Assembly: GCF_963921235.1 (NCBI RefSeq)
Contig: NC_086107.1
Location: 94,984,001-95,048,000 of the forward strand
Length of the DNA stretch: 64,000 nucleotides
Reading direction: 5' to 3'
Source: Mobula hypostoma
Lineage: Eukaryota
Shown here piece after piece: positions 1 to 11,039 of this stretch. How positions within the stretch are numbered: position 1 is the first letter of the stretch; each line of letters starts with the position of its first letter. The notes under the pieces were generated by a model. It was not told the DNA's origin. It ran no database searches and saw only the letters and a list, made by a program, of their open reading frames with translations. The translations under genes were made by a program, and so were the position numbers.

Positions 1-3000
1 CATCTGAAGATATGGTCTGTTCTCCTGTGGATTTTCCACCTGAAGATATGGTCTGTTCACCTATAGGTTCTTCACCTAAAGATATGATCTGTTCAACTGT
101 TGATCCTTCAGCTGAAGATATGGTCTGTTCATGTTTGCTAGTAGATTCGTCACCTGAAGATCCATCATGTTCATCTGTGTATTCTTCACCTAAAGATATG
201 GCCTGTTCACCTGTAGGTTCTTCACCTGAAGATACGGTCTTTTCAACTGTAGTTTCTTCACTTGAAGATACAGTCTGTTCGCCAGGAGACTTCTTGCCCC
301 TTGCCATTGCCTGCTTGGCTGCAGATTCTTGGCCCAAAAATAGGGGCTGTTGGGTTGAAGATACCTTCTCTGTAGCTAGGATCAATGATCCTATAGACTC
401 ATTACCTGTAGTCATGGTCTGCTCTGTCAATTCCTCACCTGGTGTCAGTGCCTGTTTGCCACTAGATTCTTTGCCTGAAGACACAACCTGTTCACCCAAA
501 GGTTCTTCATCTGCAGTCAGGAAATGGTCAAACGGAAAGATAAGAGCTGTAGTGAAAGGGTGGTCAAGTGGATACTTCATGCCTATAGCCAGTGATGGTT
601 CTGAAGGAAATACTTTGCCTGTAGTCACAGCCTGTTCAAGAGACAGCTGACCTGTAGTTAGAGGCTGTTCAAGAGATTCCTCACCTGTACTCAAAGCATC
701 TACTTTGGGAATCTTTTTGCCTGTACTCAGGCCCTGTTCTGAGAGAGATTTCTCACCTGCAATCAGGAAGTGGCCCACTGTGATGCCCTTGTCTGTACCT
801 TGGGACTGTGTGGGCTGTGATTCTGCACCTGTAGGTGATACCTGTGGCTCAGTTGTGACTGAGATAACTTCGCAGAGAGCGTCCTCCACTGTGGTCACTG
901 ACCCAGGTGCAGACACACCACTGAAAATCAGGGATGGTGGCAAAGGACTTTGTTTGCCTGTAGTTACATTGTGTTCAAATACAGGTTCCACATCCATTGG
1001 TAATAAAGATACATCACCTGTAGCCAGTGCCTGTTCAAGAGATTCCTCACCTGTAGTCAGAGTTTGTTCATTTGATTCCTCACCTGAATCCAGGAAATGG
1101 CCAAGTGGGAAATTAAGGACTGTAGTGGGAGGGCGGTTGGGTGGATACTCCTTGCTTGTAGCCTGTGACTGTTCCAAAGGAGATATTTTGCCTGTAGTCG
1201 GCACCTGTTCAAGAGATTTATGGCTTGTAGTTAGGAAATGGTTAGATGGGAAGTCAACAGCTGCAGGGCGGTCCAAAGGATACTGTATGCCTGTAGCCAG
1301 TGATGATTCCAATGGAGATTCTTTACCTGTCGTCAGAGCCTGAGCAAGAGATTCCTCATCTGTAGTCAGTGCCTGTTCAATTAATTCCCCAACTGTAGCC
1401 TGAGCAAGAGACTCCTCGTCTGTAGTCAGTGCCTGTTCAATTGATTCCCCAACCATAGCCTGTGCAAGAGATTCTTCGTCTGTAGTCAGTGGCTGTTCAA
1501 TTGATTCCCCAGCTGTAGCCTGTGCAAGAGATTCCTCGTCTGTAGTCAGCGCCTGTTCAATTGATTCCCTAGCTGTAGCCTGTGCAAGAGATTCTTCGTC
1601 TGTAGTCAGCGCCTGTTCAATTGATTCCTCACCTGTCGTTATCACCTGTTCAAGAGGTTCCCTGCCTGAATCCAGGAAATGATCAAATGGGAAGTCAGAT
1701 GCTGTACTGGGAGGGCGATCAAGTGGATATTTCACTCCTGTAGCTAACGACTGTTCTAAAGGAGATTCTTTGTCTGTAGCCAGCAATTGTTCAAGAGGTT
1801 TCTCACCTGTAGCTAGCACCTGTTGAAGAGATTCTTCACCCGTAGTCAGCACCTGTTCAAGTGTCTCCTCACCCGTACTCAGGCCCTGTTCTGTGAGAGA
1901 TTCCTTGCCTGCAATTGGGATGTGGCCCACTGCCATTTCTTTGCCTGTATTTTGGAGTTTTGTGGGGTGAGAGTGTGTACCTGCAGGTGAGACCTGTGGT
2001 TTGGTTGTGACTGAGATAACTTCACAAGGAGCATCCTCGACTGTGGTCACAGATTCAGGTGCAGAAACACCACCCACAATCAGATATGGCAGAGAAGGAG
2101 TTTGCACCCCTGTAGACTCATTTTGTTTGACTGTAAGTTCTAAGCCCGTTGGTAGCATTTGTTGCAATCGAAATTTTCCACCTGTAGGAAGTGCCTCTTC
2201 CAAAGATTTCTCACCTTTAGCAAGTGTCTGCTCAAAAAATTCCTCACCTGTAATCAGCGCTTGTTCAATGGATTCCTCGCCTGTAGACCAAATGTAGTCA
2301 AATGGGAAGTCAAATGCTGTAATGAGAGGGCGGTCGAGTGGATAGTGCATGCCTGTAGCCGGTGACGGTTCCAAAAGTGATTCTTTGCCTGTAGTTAAGG
2401 CCTGTTGAAGAGATTCCTCGCCTGTAGTCAGCACCTGTTCAAGAGATTCCCCAGTTGTAGTCAACACCTGTTCAAAAGTTTCGTTCCCTGAGGGCAGTGT
2501 CTGTTCAGTTGATTCCTCACCTGTCATTAGCACCTGTTCAAGAGATTGCTCGCCTGTAGGTAGGGTCTGTCCAATTGATTCCTCACCTGTAGTCAGCACC
2601 TGTTCAATTGATTCCTCACCTGTCATTATCACCTGTTCAAGGCGTTTCTCACCTGAATCCAGGAAATGGTCAAATGGGAAGTCAAGTGCTGCAGTGAGAG
2701 GGCGATCGAGTGGATATTCCACACCTGTAGCCAACGACTGTTCCAAAGGAGATTCTTCACTTGTAATCAGTGCCTGTTCATGAGATTCATTGCCCGTAGG
2801 GGACACCACTTCAAGAGCTTCCTCGCCTGTACTCAACGCTTGCTGCTGTGGAAATTTTTCATTTACAACTAGGCCCTTCTCAAGTGGGAGCTCCCTGCTT
2901 GTCGTCAAGAAGTGATCAAATTGGAAGCCAGAGACTGCAGGTTGTTGCTTTCTGCCTGTAGGGCCCTGCACACCATCTGAAGGGGTCTGTTGTTTGACTG

Positions 3001-4315
3001 CAGGACTCTGAACACCTGTAGGGCCCTGAAGTTGTCTGACTGCAGAATCCTGAACTCCACGTGTAGGTGGCTGTTGCCTGCCTACAGGACCACCATCTCC
3101 ATCTGCAGATGTCTCCTGGGGCCCAGCAAGAGGCTGTGAGTGGGAGCCCACCTCAGAGGTGAGGGAGGTCCGGGACCGGGACCCCCACCCCTCACCCAGC
3201 CCCTCTGAGCCATCTGTCCTCAGGCTGTGGCCCTCCTCGCTGTCCAGGTGGGAGTTGTCCAGGCTGGAGAAAGATGAGACCCTCCGCAGGGCACGGCCCT
3301 CCCAGGCGTCAGCCCCTGATTCCACCCTGCCCTGACTCCCGCTGGGGTCTTCAATTGCCCCCTCTGCCCCCCACAACCCCTTTTCCTCCCACCACCGCCG
3401 CCCTCTCTCCGTCTCCTGGCCTGGCGTTTCGATGGATGGAGTGTCAGGGGCCCCGAGCGACAGGGAGCCCCAGCGCGGTCCAAACAGGAGTCGGACTTCC
3501 CAGCCCTCTGCTTCCTCCTCCTCCCCCCTCAACACCCCAGAGTCCAGCAAGGGGGCAGGGACCGTTTCCCTGGAGATGGGGCTTAGGGTGGAGGCTTCGG
3601 CGGATCCAGGCCCTGTCTCCCGCTCCTTATGGCCCAGGAGGTTGTCCTGTAGGCCTCTGTCCTGTCCAGGGCCAGGCGGTGGGGTGACAATGATTTCCCC
3701 AGCAACAGGGTTTAGAGCAGAGGTTTCAGCAGAACCCGGCCCCTTTAGGCCCCCATCCTGTAGGCCTATGACCAGTTCTGGGCCCTGTGAGGGGGCAGGT
3801 CCTGATTCCACAGGTACAGAGGCTTTAGGAGATCCAGGCTCCTTCTCCATCACCTTGGGCCCTGAGAGGCCAGTCCTTAGACCTCTGTCCTCTCCTGGGC
3901 CTGGAAAGGAGACAGTCTCTGTTCCCACAGCAACGAGTCCTCTGGATCCCCCAGCATGGGGGACAGGCCTTGGGATGGGAAGGGGCCTGGCGAGTGGTGG
4001 CGAGGGGCGGTGGGGGCCAGGGGAGGTCCGGGGGTCCCAGGGTGGGGAGGGGAGGTGGGGTGGAAGGACTGCAGGGGCATGAGGAGGGGTGGCCTCCAGG
4101 CGGGGGCTGGCCGAGGGAGGGTGCTGAAACACCCAGGATTCTGAACTGTCCATCTCCTCCCTGCCCTGCGTCCCCCCTCCCGCTCTCTCCCCCTCCTTGT
4201 CCCGCATCCTGGCCCGGATGTGGTAGTAGCTGTCCGACAGCCAGTCGTTCTGAGGGAGCGTGGGGGCGAGATGCCCCTTCTTCGCCTCGGCCCGCTGAGT
4301 CCGGTGGTCCGAGCT
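1..4315 (-). CDS. Giant coding exon (>1430 codons, continues beyond window start) of an unidentified gene. Pro/Gly/Ser-rich region followed by acidic 11-13 aa tandem repeats
   Basis: Polypyrimidine tract plus acceptor (catcttctctttctcattccttccccacctacccacccacAG|agctcg) at 4316. Manual translation gives SSDHRTQRAEAKKGHLAPTLPQNDWLSDSYYHIRARMRDKEG...RRVSSFSSLDNSHLDSEEG...TGEESIEQVLT repeats...SSGGKSTGEQTISSD. The frame is the same at both ends. I translated 4315 to ~2480 and the last ~90 bp without meeting a stop. Between them, openness is inferred from the plus-strand shadow ORFs (12, 705, 2001, 3432), which share one register. Confidence 0.85.
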
Positions 4316-4599
4316 CTGTGGGTGGGTAGGTGGGGAAGGAATGAGAAAGAGAAGATGTGGTGAGAAGACGACCACTGTCATGTCCTATCACCTCCCCTCA
4401 ACTTTGCGATAGGACATTCCTCTGTCATTTCCGAGAAAGAGGCAACAAAGCCTCCCCAGTTGCTCCAGTGTCGTTCAAGGCCTCATTCCTGTTGCCTTCT
4501 TGTCTGTCCCTCACCTGTATACTATCCCAATCCCGACCCGAAAAGCCTTGATCCCAAACCTAGATGAGTCCCCATTGGGATGGAAGTGCAGAGGAAGGG

Positions 4600-6680
4600 A
4601 GTGAGTCTAAAGGTGTTGTAGAGGTCAATGTCGCAGGAACGGGGAAGAAAAATAGGTGGAGGGGTAGGTAGTGTTGAGGAAGCAGGAAGCCTGGACCAGG
4701 AAACTGGGCAAAGATGTGACAGATGAATTACAGTGTACGGTCATGCACGCCCTTAGGTAGAAGGAATAAAAACATAGACTATTTCCAAAATGGAGGTGCA
4801 AAGGGACTTGGGAGCCCTAAAAATTCTTGCAGATTGAGTAGGTAGTAAGGAAGACAAACACAATGTTAGCATTCATTTGAAGAGGACTGGAACATAAAAG
4901 CAAGGATGTAATACTGAGACTTCGTAAGATATTGGTCAGGCCACATTTGGAGCATTGTGAGCAGTTTTGGGCAAGAAAGGATGTGCTGGCATTGGAGAGG
5001 GTCCAGAGGAGGTTCACAAGAATGATCCCGGGAATGAAAGAGTTAACGTACGAAGGACGTTTGATGGCTTTGGGCCTGTACTCGTTGGTGTACAGAAGAA
5101 TGGGGGGGGCGCAGTGCAGATCTAATTGATACCTATTAACCATTGAAAGGCCAGGATATAGTGGACATCGGGAGGGTGTTTCCATTTGCAGATGACACCA
5201 AGGTTGGGGGCCACAGTGAACGGTGAGGAAGGCTATCAACGTTTGCAGCGGAATCTGGCCCCGCTGGAAAAATGGCAGATGGAATTTAATGCAGGCAAGT
5301 GTGAGGTGTTGTACTTTGAGAGGGCAATCTGGAGTAGGACCTACACAGTAAATGACAGGGCAATGAGGTGTTCGATAGAATACAGATCCGTAATTCCTTG
5401 AAAGTGGCATACCAGGTAGATAGGAATATAAAGAGAAGTCCCAGTACCTCAGCCTTCATTTTTTAAAAAAAGTATTGATTACAGGAGATGGGATGTTACG
5501 TTGAAGTTGCATAAGATGTTGGTGAGGACTAATTTGGAGTATCCTGTGCAGATCTGGCCAATTACCTACAGGAAAAGCATCAATAAGATTGAAAGAGTGC
5601 AGAGAAAATTTACAAGGATGTTGCCTGGATCTGCATTACAGAGAAATGCTGGATGGGTTATTCCCTGGAGCATAGGAGAATGAGGGAGATTTGCTGCAGG
5701 CATACAACATTATGAGGGGTATAGATAGAGGAAACACAAGCAGGCTTTTTCCACTGAGGTTGGGTGAAACCAGAACTAGAGGTCATAGGTTAAAGGTGAA
5801 AGGTGAAACATATGAGGGGGACCTTTTTCATTCGGAGGTTGGTGAGAGAATGGAATGAACTGCAAGTGGAAGTGCTGGATATGGGTTCGGTTTCAGCACC
5901 GAAGAGAAATGGATGGGAGAGGTATGGAGGACAGTGGTTCAGCTGCAGGTCAATGGGACTATGCAGAATAATAGTTTAGCGCAGACTAGATGGGCCTGTT
6001 TCTGTGCTGTAGTGCTCTAAGAATCTATTACAACTGGAGAAACAAGGACCAGAGTTCAGAGGAATGAGGGGGACTTTAATTGAAACTTACTGAATATTGA
6101 AAGGCCTAGAATCAATTTGGAGAGGACGCTTCCAAGGGTGAGATAGTCTAGGACCAGAGGGAACAGCCTCAGATAGAAGGACATTCATTTAGAACAGAGA
6201 TGAGGAGAAATTTCTTTGGGAGGGGGCGGTGAATCTGTGGAATTCATTGCCACAGACGACAGTGGAGGCCAAGTCATTGGGTATATTTAAAGTGAAGGTT
6301 GATAGGCTCTTGGTTAATAAGGGTGTCAAAGGATATGGGGAGAAGGCAGGAGAATGGGGTCGAGAGGGGTAATAAATCAGCCATGATGGAATGGCAGAGC
6401 GGACTTGATGGGTTCAATGGCCCTAATTCAGCTCCTGTGTCTTATGGTCTTGTGGAATGTAGAACATCAGAAGTCCATAGCTTTGGGTGAGGTGCCAGAA
6501 CACTGGAGGGGAGCAAGAGCTGTGTCTTTATTCAAGAAGGGAGGGCAGAGGAAACTCAGGGAACCTCTGACCAGTGAGTTTAACATCTGCCCTGAGGAAG
6601 TTATTGGGGTGGTTCTGAGGGATAAGGTTTCTGAGCATCTGCAAAGATGGGAGTTGATTAAGGGGAGTTAGCATGGGCTT
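4600..6680 (+). mobile_element. Cluster of degenerate CR1-clade LINE fragments
   Basis: ORF2 C-terminal motifs LVRPHLEHCEQFW, LERVQRRFTRMIPG, WQMEFNAGKCEV, and typical 3'UTR ends (gggcctgtttctgtgctgt). Confidence 0.85.
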
Positions 6681-6689
6681 TCTCAAAGG

Positions 6690-7130
6690 CTCAAAGGAAG
6701 GTTATTATCCAAGTGTATATATATATATATATCACCTGGGATTCCATTTCCTTGTGGGCATACTCAATAAGTCCCTAACAGAATAATTACCGCAATAGAA
6801 TCAACGAAAAACCGCACCAACTGTGCATTCAACCAGTGTGCAAAAGACAACAAACTGTGCAAAGACAAAAATAAATAAACAAACAAACAAACAAACAAAC
6901 CAATAAATAAATAAACAATGAATATCGAGAAGGTGAGATGGAGATGTTGCGGGAACAGTTCAGTGATGTGGCGAGTGAAGTTATCCCCTTTGGTTCCAGA
7001 GTCAAGGGGTAATAACTGTTCCTGAACCTGGTGGTGTGGGTCCTGAGGCTCCTGTACCTTCTTCCTGATGGCAGCAGCGAGAAGAGAGCATGTCCTGGAT
7101 GGTGGGGGTCCCTGGTGATGGTTTGCGTGA
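6690..7130 (-). mobile_element. Rex1/Babar-type LINE 3' fragment
   Basis: Reverse strand encodes PGHALFSLLPSGRRYRSLRTHTTRFRNSYYP followed by a 3'UTR. Confidence 0.75.
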
Positions 7131-7139
7131 GAGATCACA

Positions 7140-8290
7140 TCCCAGGTTTTTCTAAGAATTGAGCCAGAAGGCCAACAGGGGGAGGGTAGTAGATGAGACC
7201 TACGTAGATTTCAGTAAGGTCTGCGATAAAGTTCCACGTGGCAGGTTGCAAGGTTAGATCTCATGGGATCCAGGAAGAATTCACGAACTGGACACACGGT
7301 TGGATGGCAGGAAGTGAAGGTGAGGGTGGACTGTTGTTTGTCAGACTGGAGACCTGAGACCAATGGTCCCCCCCCCCCCACCACAGTGTTGGGACGTTTG
7401 CTGTTTGTCACCTGTCTCGATGATTTGCGTGAGAATGTACAAAGCATAGTTCGTAAATTTGCAGAAGACATTAAAATCAGTGTTGTGAACAGTGAAGATG
7501 GTTATCGGGAATTACAGGGGGTTTTTGATCAGCAGAGTGAGTGGGCCGAGGAATGGCAAATGAAGTTTAGTTCGGATAAACGTGAGGTGTTGCACTTTGG
7601 GAGAGTTGGGTAGCGAGGTTGCAGGTGACTACAGCGTGAGGAAGTGTGAGAATGATGTACTTTGGAATGAAGGATAGAGGTGTAGGGAGGGAATTCAGGA
7701 ATCTCATTTCCAATAGGACACAAAACACTGCAGGAACTCAGCAGGCATAGAGGGACTAAACGGTTGACATATTGGGCCAATACCCTTCATCAGGACTGGA
7801 AAGGAAGAAATCCCAGTTTAGAATTCCCTCAAGGTTAACGTGCAGGTTGAGTCAGTAAAAATGAAGGGAAATGCAATGCAAGTTTTCATTTGAAGAGCAT
7901 ATAACAGCGAGAATGTAATGCTGAGGCTTTATAAGGCATAAGTCAGACCACATTTGTATAGAACCAAGAACAGTACAGCACAAGAAAAGGCCATTCGGCC
8001 CACAATGTTATGCTGAACTAATTAAACTAGTAATTAAATATCTAACTAAACTAATCCATTCTGCCTACACAATGTCCGCAGCCTACCATTCCTTTATTTA
8101 GAGGGAAATGCCTCTATTGTATTTTCCTCCAAAACCACCCCTGGCTGCACGTTCCAGGAATGCACCCCTCCTGTGTGAAATACGTCCTGCACCCCTCCTT
8201 TGAACTTTCTGCCTCTCACTTTAAACACACCTCCTCCAGTTTTTAATTTTACCTATAAGCCACATTTTCATCTGGGAATCCTTTATGCAC
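7140..8290. mobile_element. CR1 RT fragments on both strands, with a small Penelope terminal-repeat fragment at ~7715-7810 (minus)
   Basis: KFAEDIKI and WAEEWQMKFSSDK motifs. The minus strand reads ccagtcctgatgaagggtattggccc, matching the Penelope terminus at 31274. Confidence 0.7.
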
Positions 8291-8304
8291 CAAGAGGTCA
8301 CATT

Positions 8305-8523
8305 TTTTTTAAGCATGTCGTACCAGACATCACGTGATTAACCGGGTCACGTTATGAACGTTCCTGACTCGCCCCTTGTATTTTTTATGAGGCCGAGTGG
8401 CTAGCTCGACACTCAACCTGGCACGGATGGAAAGCGCGCTCGGGGGTGGCCCGACCTGGATTCGAACTCGGGAACCTTCGCTCCGGAGTCCGGCGCTGAT
8501 CTCACTGCGCCACCAGCCGGCCT
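8305..8523 (-). mobile_element. tRNA-derived SINE with 12-bp target-site duplication
   Basis: A box (TGGCGCAGTG), B box (GTTCGAATCC) and poly(A) tail. TSD agaggtcacatt at 8293-8304 and 8524-8535. Inserted in a CR1 fragment. Confidence 0.85.
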
Positions 8524-8535
8524 AGAGGTCACATT

Positions 8536-10780
8536 ATAGCTGCACAAGACGTCAGAGAGGCCACATTGGAGGGACTGTGTGCAGTTCTGGTCACCAAGCT
8601 ATAGAAAGTGTGGGATTCAGCTGGAGGAGGTACAGGAAAGATTCGTCAGGACGTTCCCGGGATCGGAGGGCTTGAATGATAAGGAGAGACTGATCAGGGC
8701 TGGAACTGGCTTCCCCGGAGCGAAGGAGACTGAGAGAGTGACCTGACATAGGTTTTTACAATCTCGGAAGCGGATGGTCACGGTTCCTCTCACCCGGGGA
8801 GGGGAGTCTAGACCCAGAGGGCACAGATTTAAGGTGAGAGGGGCGAGGTTTAAAGGGGCAGGCTTTCCCACGCAGAGGGTGGTGGGGATCTGGATTGAGC
8901 TGCCGGAGGAAGTGGGAGAGGTGGTTACAATGAAGACACTCGGACAGGTACATGGATAGGGAAGGTTCAGAGGGATACGGGCCTAACATGGAGAGATGGG
9001 ACCAATTCATGAAGAGATTTTGATACACTAATGAGTTGGGTGGCTCCTTAAGATTGACACAGCCAAGTGGGTGAGGGGGGCAGGAAGTGGGGATAAGTTC
9101 CCACTACCTATTAAATGCTCCCAATGGCGTGCATCTTAAATAGCCTCTGACAGTCAAGTCCAGCTCCCGGCCTTCACATGTGGCTTAGCTACTAAGCCCG
9201 GCGGAACCGTTTCTACTGGCAGGAGAGGGGGCAAAGGCGGGTTACTGGCACCTTAAAACCAGTCGCTTCGGGCAGATGGGGCTCGTCAGTAATGGTTGGC
9301 AGCTCATCTTGGAGAAGGAAAACTCTGATCTCAAGCCTTCAGTGCCTTGCGGCTACACCCACTCATGGGGAAGGCTTCGGGAGTAAACCCTGAGGGAAAA
9401 GACCGGAGCTGGAGGCTGGAGTCCCCAAGGCAGACCTACAGCGAGTTCACCGCTGACTGGCAACTCCTGCGACGCCGGTCTGTAGGGGTCTCAGCTGTTC
9501 CTTTGGATTCATCCGCTGCACGGGGGTGGGGGGGCAGGGGGGAGCCTGCCGCGTGGGCAACAACTTCCTCTCCAAACCGCGCTACCCTGACTTGTGTAGA
9601 CAGGCGGGATGCAACATCCATGATTGTCCCCGACCGAGAGGGCCTCAATGGGTCGGGTGAAAGGGCCCGTTTCTGTGCTGTCCGACGCCCTGTATCTGTG
9701 TAACGGAGGTGGTGGCGTGGCTGGGATGGGGGCAGTGGAGATTAAGCTGGACAGGGTGTGGGAAAGATTCACCCGGGTGCTCCCAGGACTGTTGGGCTTG
9801 AGCTATAAGGAAAGACTGGGCAGGCTGGGACTGTTTTCCCTGCAGAATCCCGAGTGGTGACCTGACAGTTTATAAAATCACCAGGGGTGTAGATAGGATG
9901 GATGGTCATGGTTTCTCCCCCCCGGGGAGGGGAGTCTAAACCCAGAGAGCACAGGTTTAAGGTGAGAGGGGAACGGTTTAAAAGGGCAGGTTATCCCACA
10001 CAGAGGGTGGTGGGGATCTGGATCGAGCTGCCGGAGGAAGTGGGAGAGGTGGCTACAATGAAGACACCCAGACAGGTACGTGGATAGGGAAGGATCAGAG
10101 GGATTCCAGCCCAACGCAGACCAGCTCACAAAGGGATTTTTATAATGAGCTGGGTGATTCCTGAAGATTTTTGCTGACAGGGAGGATGTGGGGATAATCT
10201 CCCAATACCTATTAAATGCTCCCAATGGTGTGTGTCCCAGATAGCCTCTGACCACCAAGTCCAGGCCCTGGCCTTCACGTGGGGCTTAGCTACGAAGCCT
10301 GGCGGAACCGTTTCCGCTGACGGGAAAAGGGGCAAAGGCGGGATACCAGTGTCTTAAAGCCAGCAGATTCAGGTAGATGGGGCTTGTCAGCTGTGATTAG
10401 CAACTCATGTTGGAGACGGAAAACTCTGATCTCAAACCTCCGCTGCCTTGTGGCTACACCCACTCACGGGGAAGGTTTCGGGAGAAAATCCCAAGAAAAT
10501 ATCTGGAGCTGGAGTCCCTAAGGCAGTCCTACTTTGAGTTCATCACTGACTGGCAACTTCTGCAATGCCCCTGGTGCCAAACTGTATGGGTCTCTGCTTT
10601 TCCTTTGGATTCATCAGCTGTGTGGAGAGGGGGAGCCTGTTGCATGGGCAACAGCTTGCTCACCATATCGTACTGCCCTGGCTTGTGTATCTTGTAGAAA
10701 GTTCATTCACAATATGCATGGTGGATCCTGACCAACAGAGGGCCTCAAAGAGTTGGGTGCCTGTTTTGTGTCTGTGTATG
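8536..10780 (+). repeat. Old tandem duplication (~1.15-kb unit x2) of a CR1 3' end carrying an RTE-like non-autonomous element (~9045-9648 and ~10160-10748)
   Basis: Both units share the CR1 segment (RGHRFKVRG...TQRVVGIWIELPEEVGEVVTMKT) and the same insert (ggaaaactctgatctcaa..gccttg.ggctacacccactca.ggggaagg.ttcgggag). The insert is flanked by gagttgggtg-like repeats at the same site in both. Confidence 0.75.
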
Positions 10781-11039
10781 TATGTATGTCTGTGTGTGAG
10801 ACACAGGGGGGCGGAGAGAGAGGGAGAGAGAGAGAAACAAACAACAAAATAACCCTGTACCAACATCCTCTCCAAACCTCAACCCCATCTCTCCCCCCCC
10901 CCAAAATATCTCTGTCCTAGGACCAAGGATCCAGTGAGGAGAGTTCCAAAGACTCCGTACCCTCTACAGAAAGAAAGTTCTCCCCAAATCCATTCCCAAA
11001 GGGAATCTCCACTCCACAGTTGATTGGGATTTGCAGATC

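Noticed and set aside
12-4551. Plus-strand ORFs (212 aa x2, 216 aa, etc.) and the minus-strand 188-aa ORF at 3825-4391
   Set aside because: They are antisense or alternative-frame shadows of the giant minus-strand exon.
4316-4559. Extension of the giant exon to an acceptor at 4560
   Set aside because: There are stop codons in the giant-exon frame near 4390. The acceptor at 4316 has the better pyrimidine tract.
8440-8523. tRNA gene (also considered at 52741 and 63543)
   Set aside because: A/B boxes are followed by SINE bodies, tails and, for two of the three copies, TSDs. There is no complete cloverleaf.
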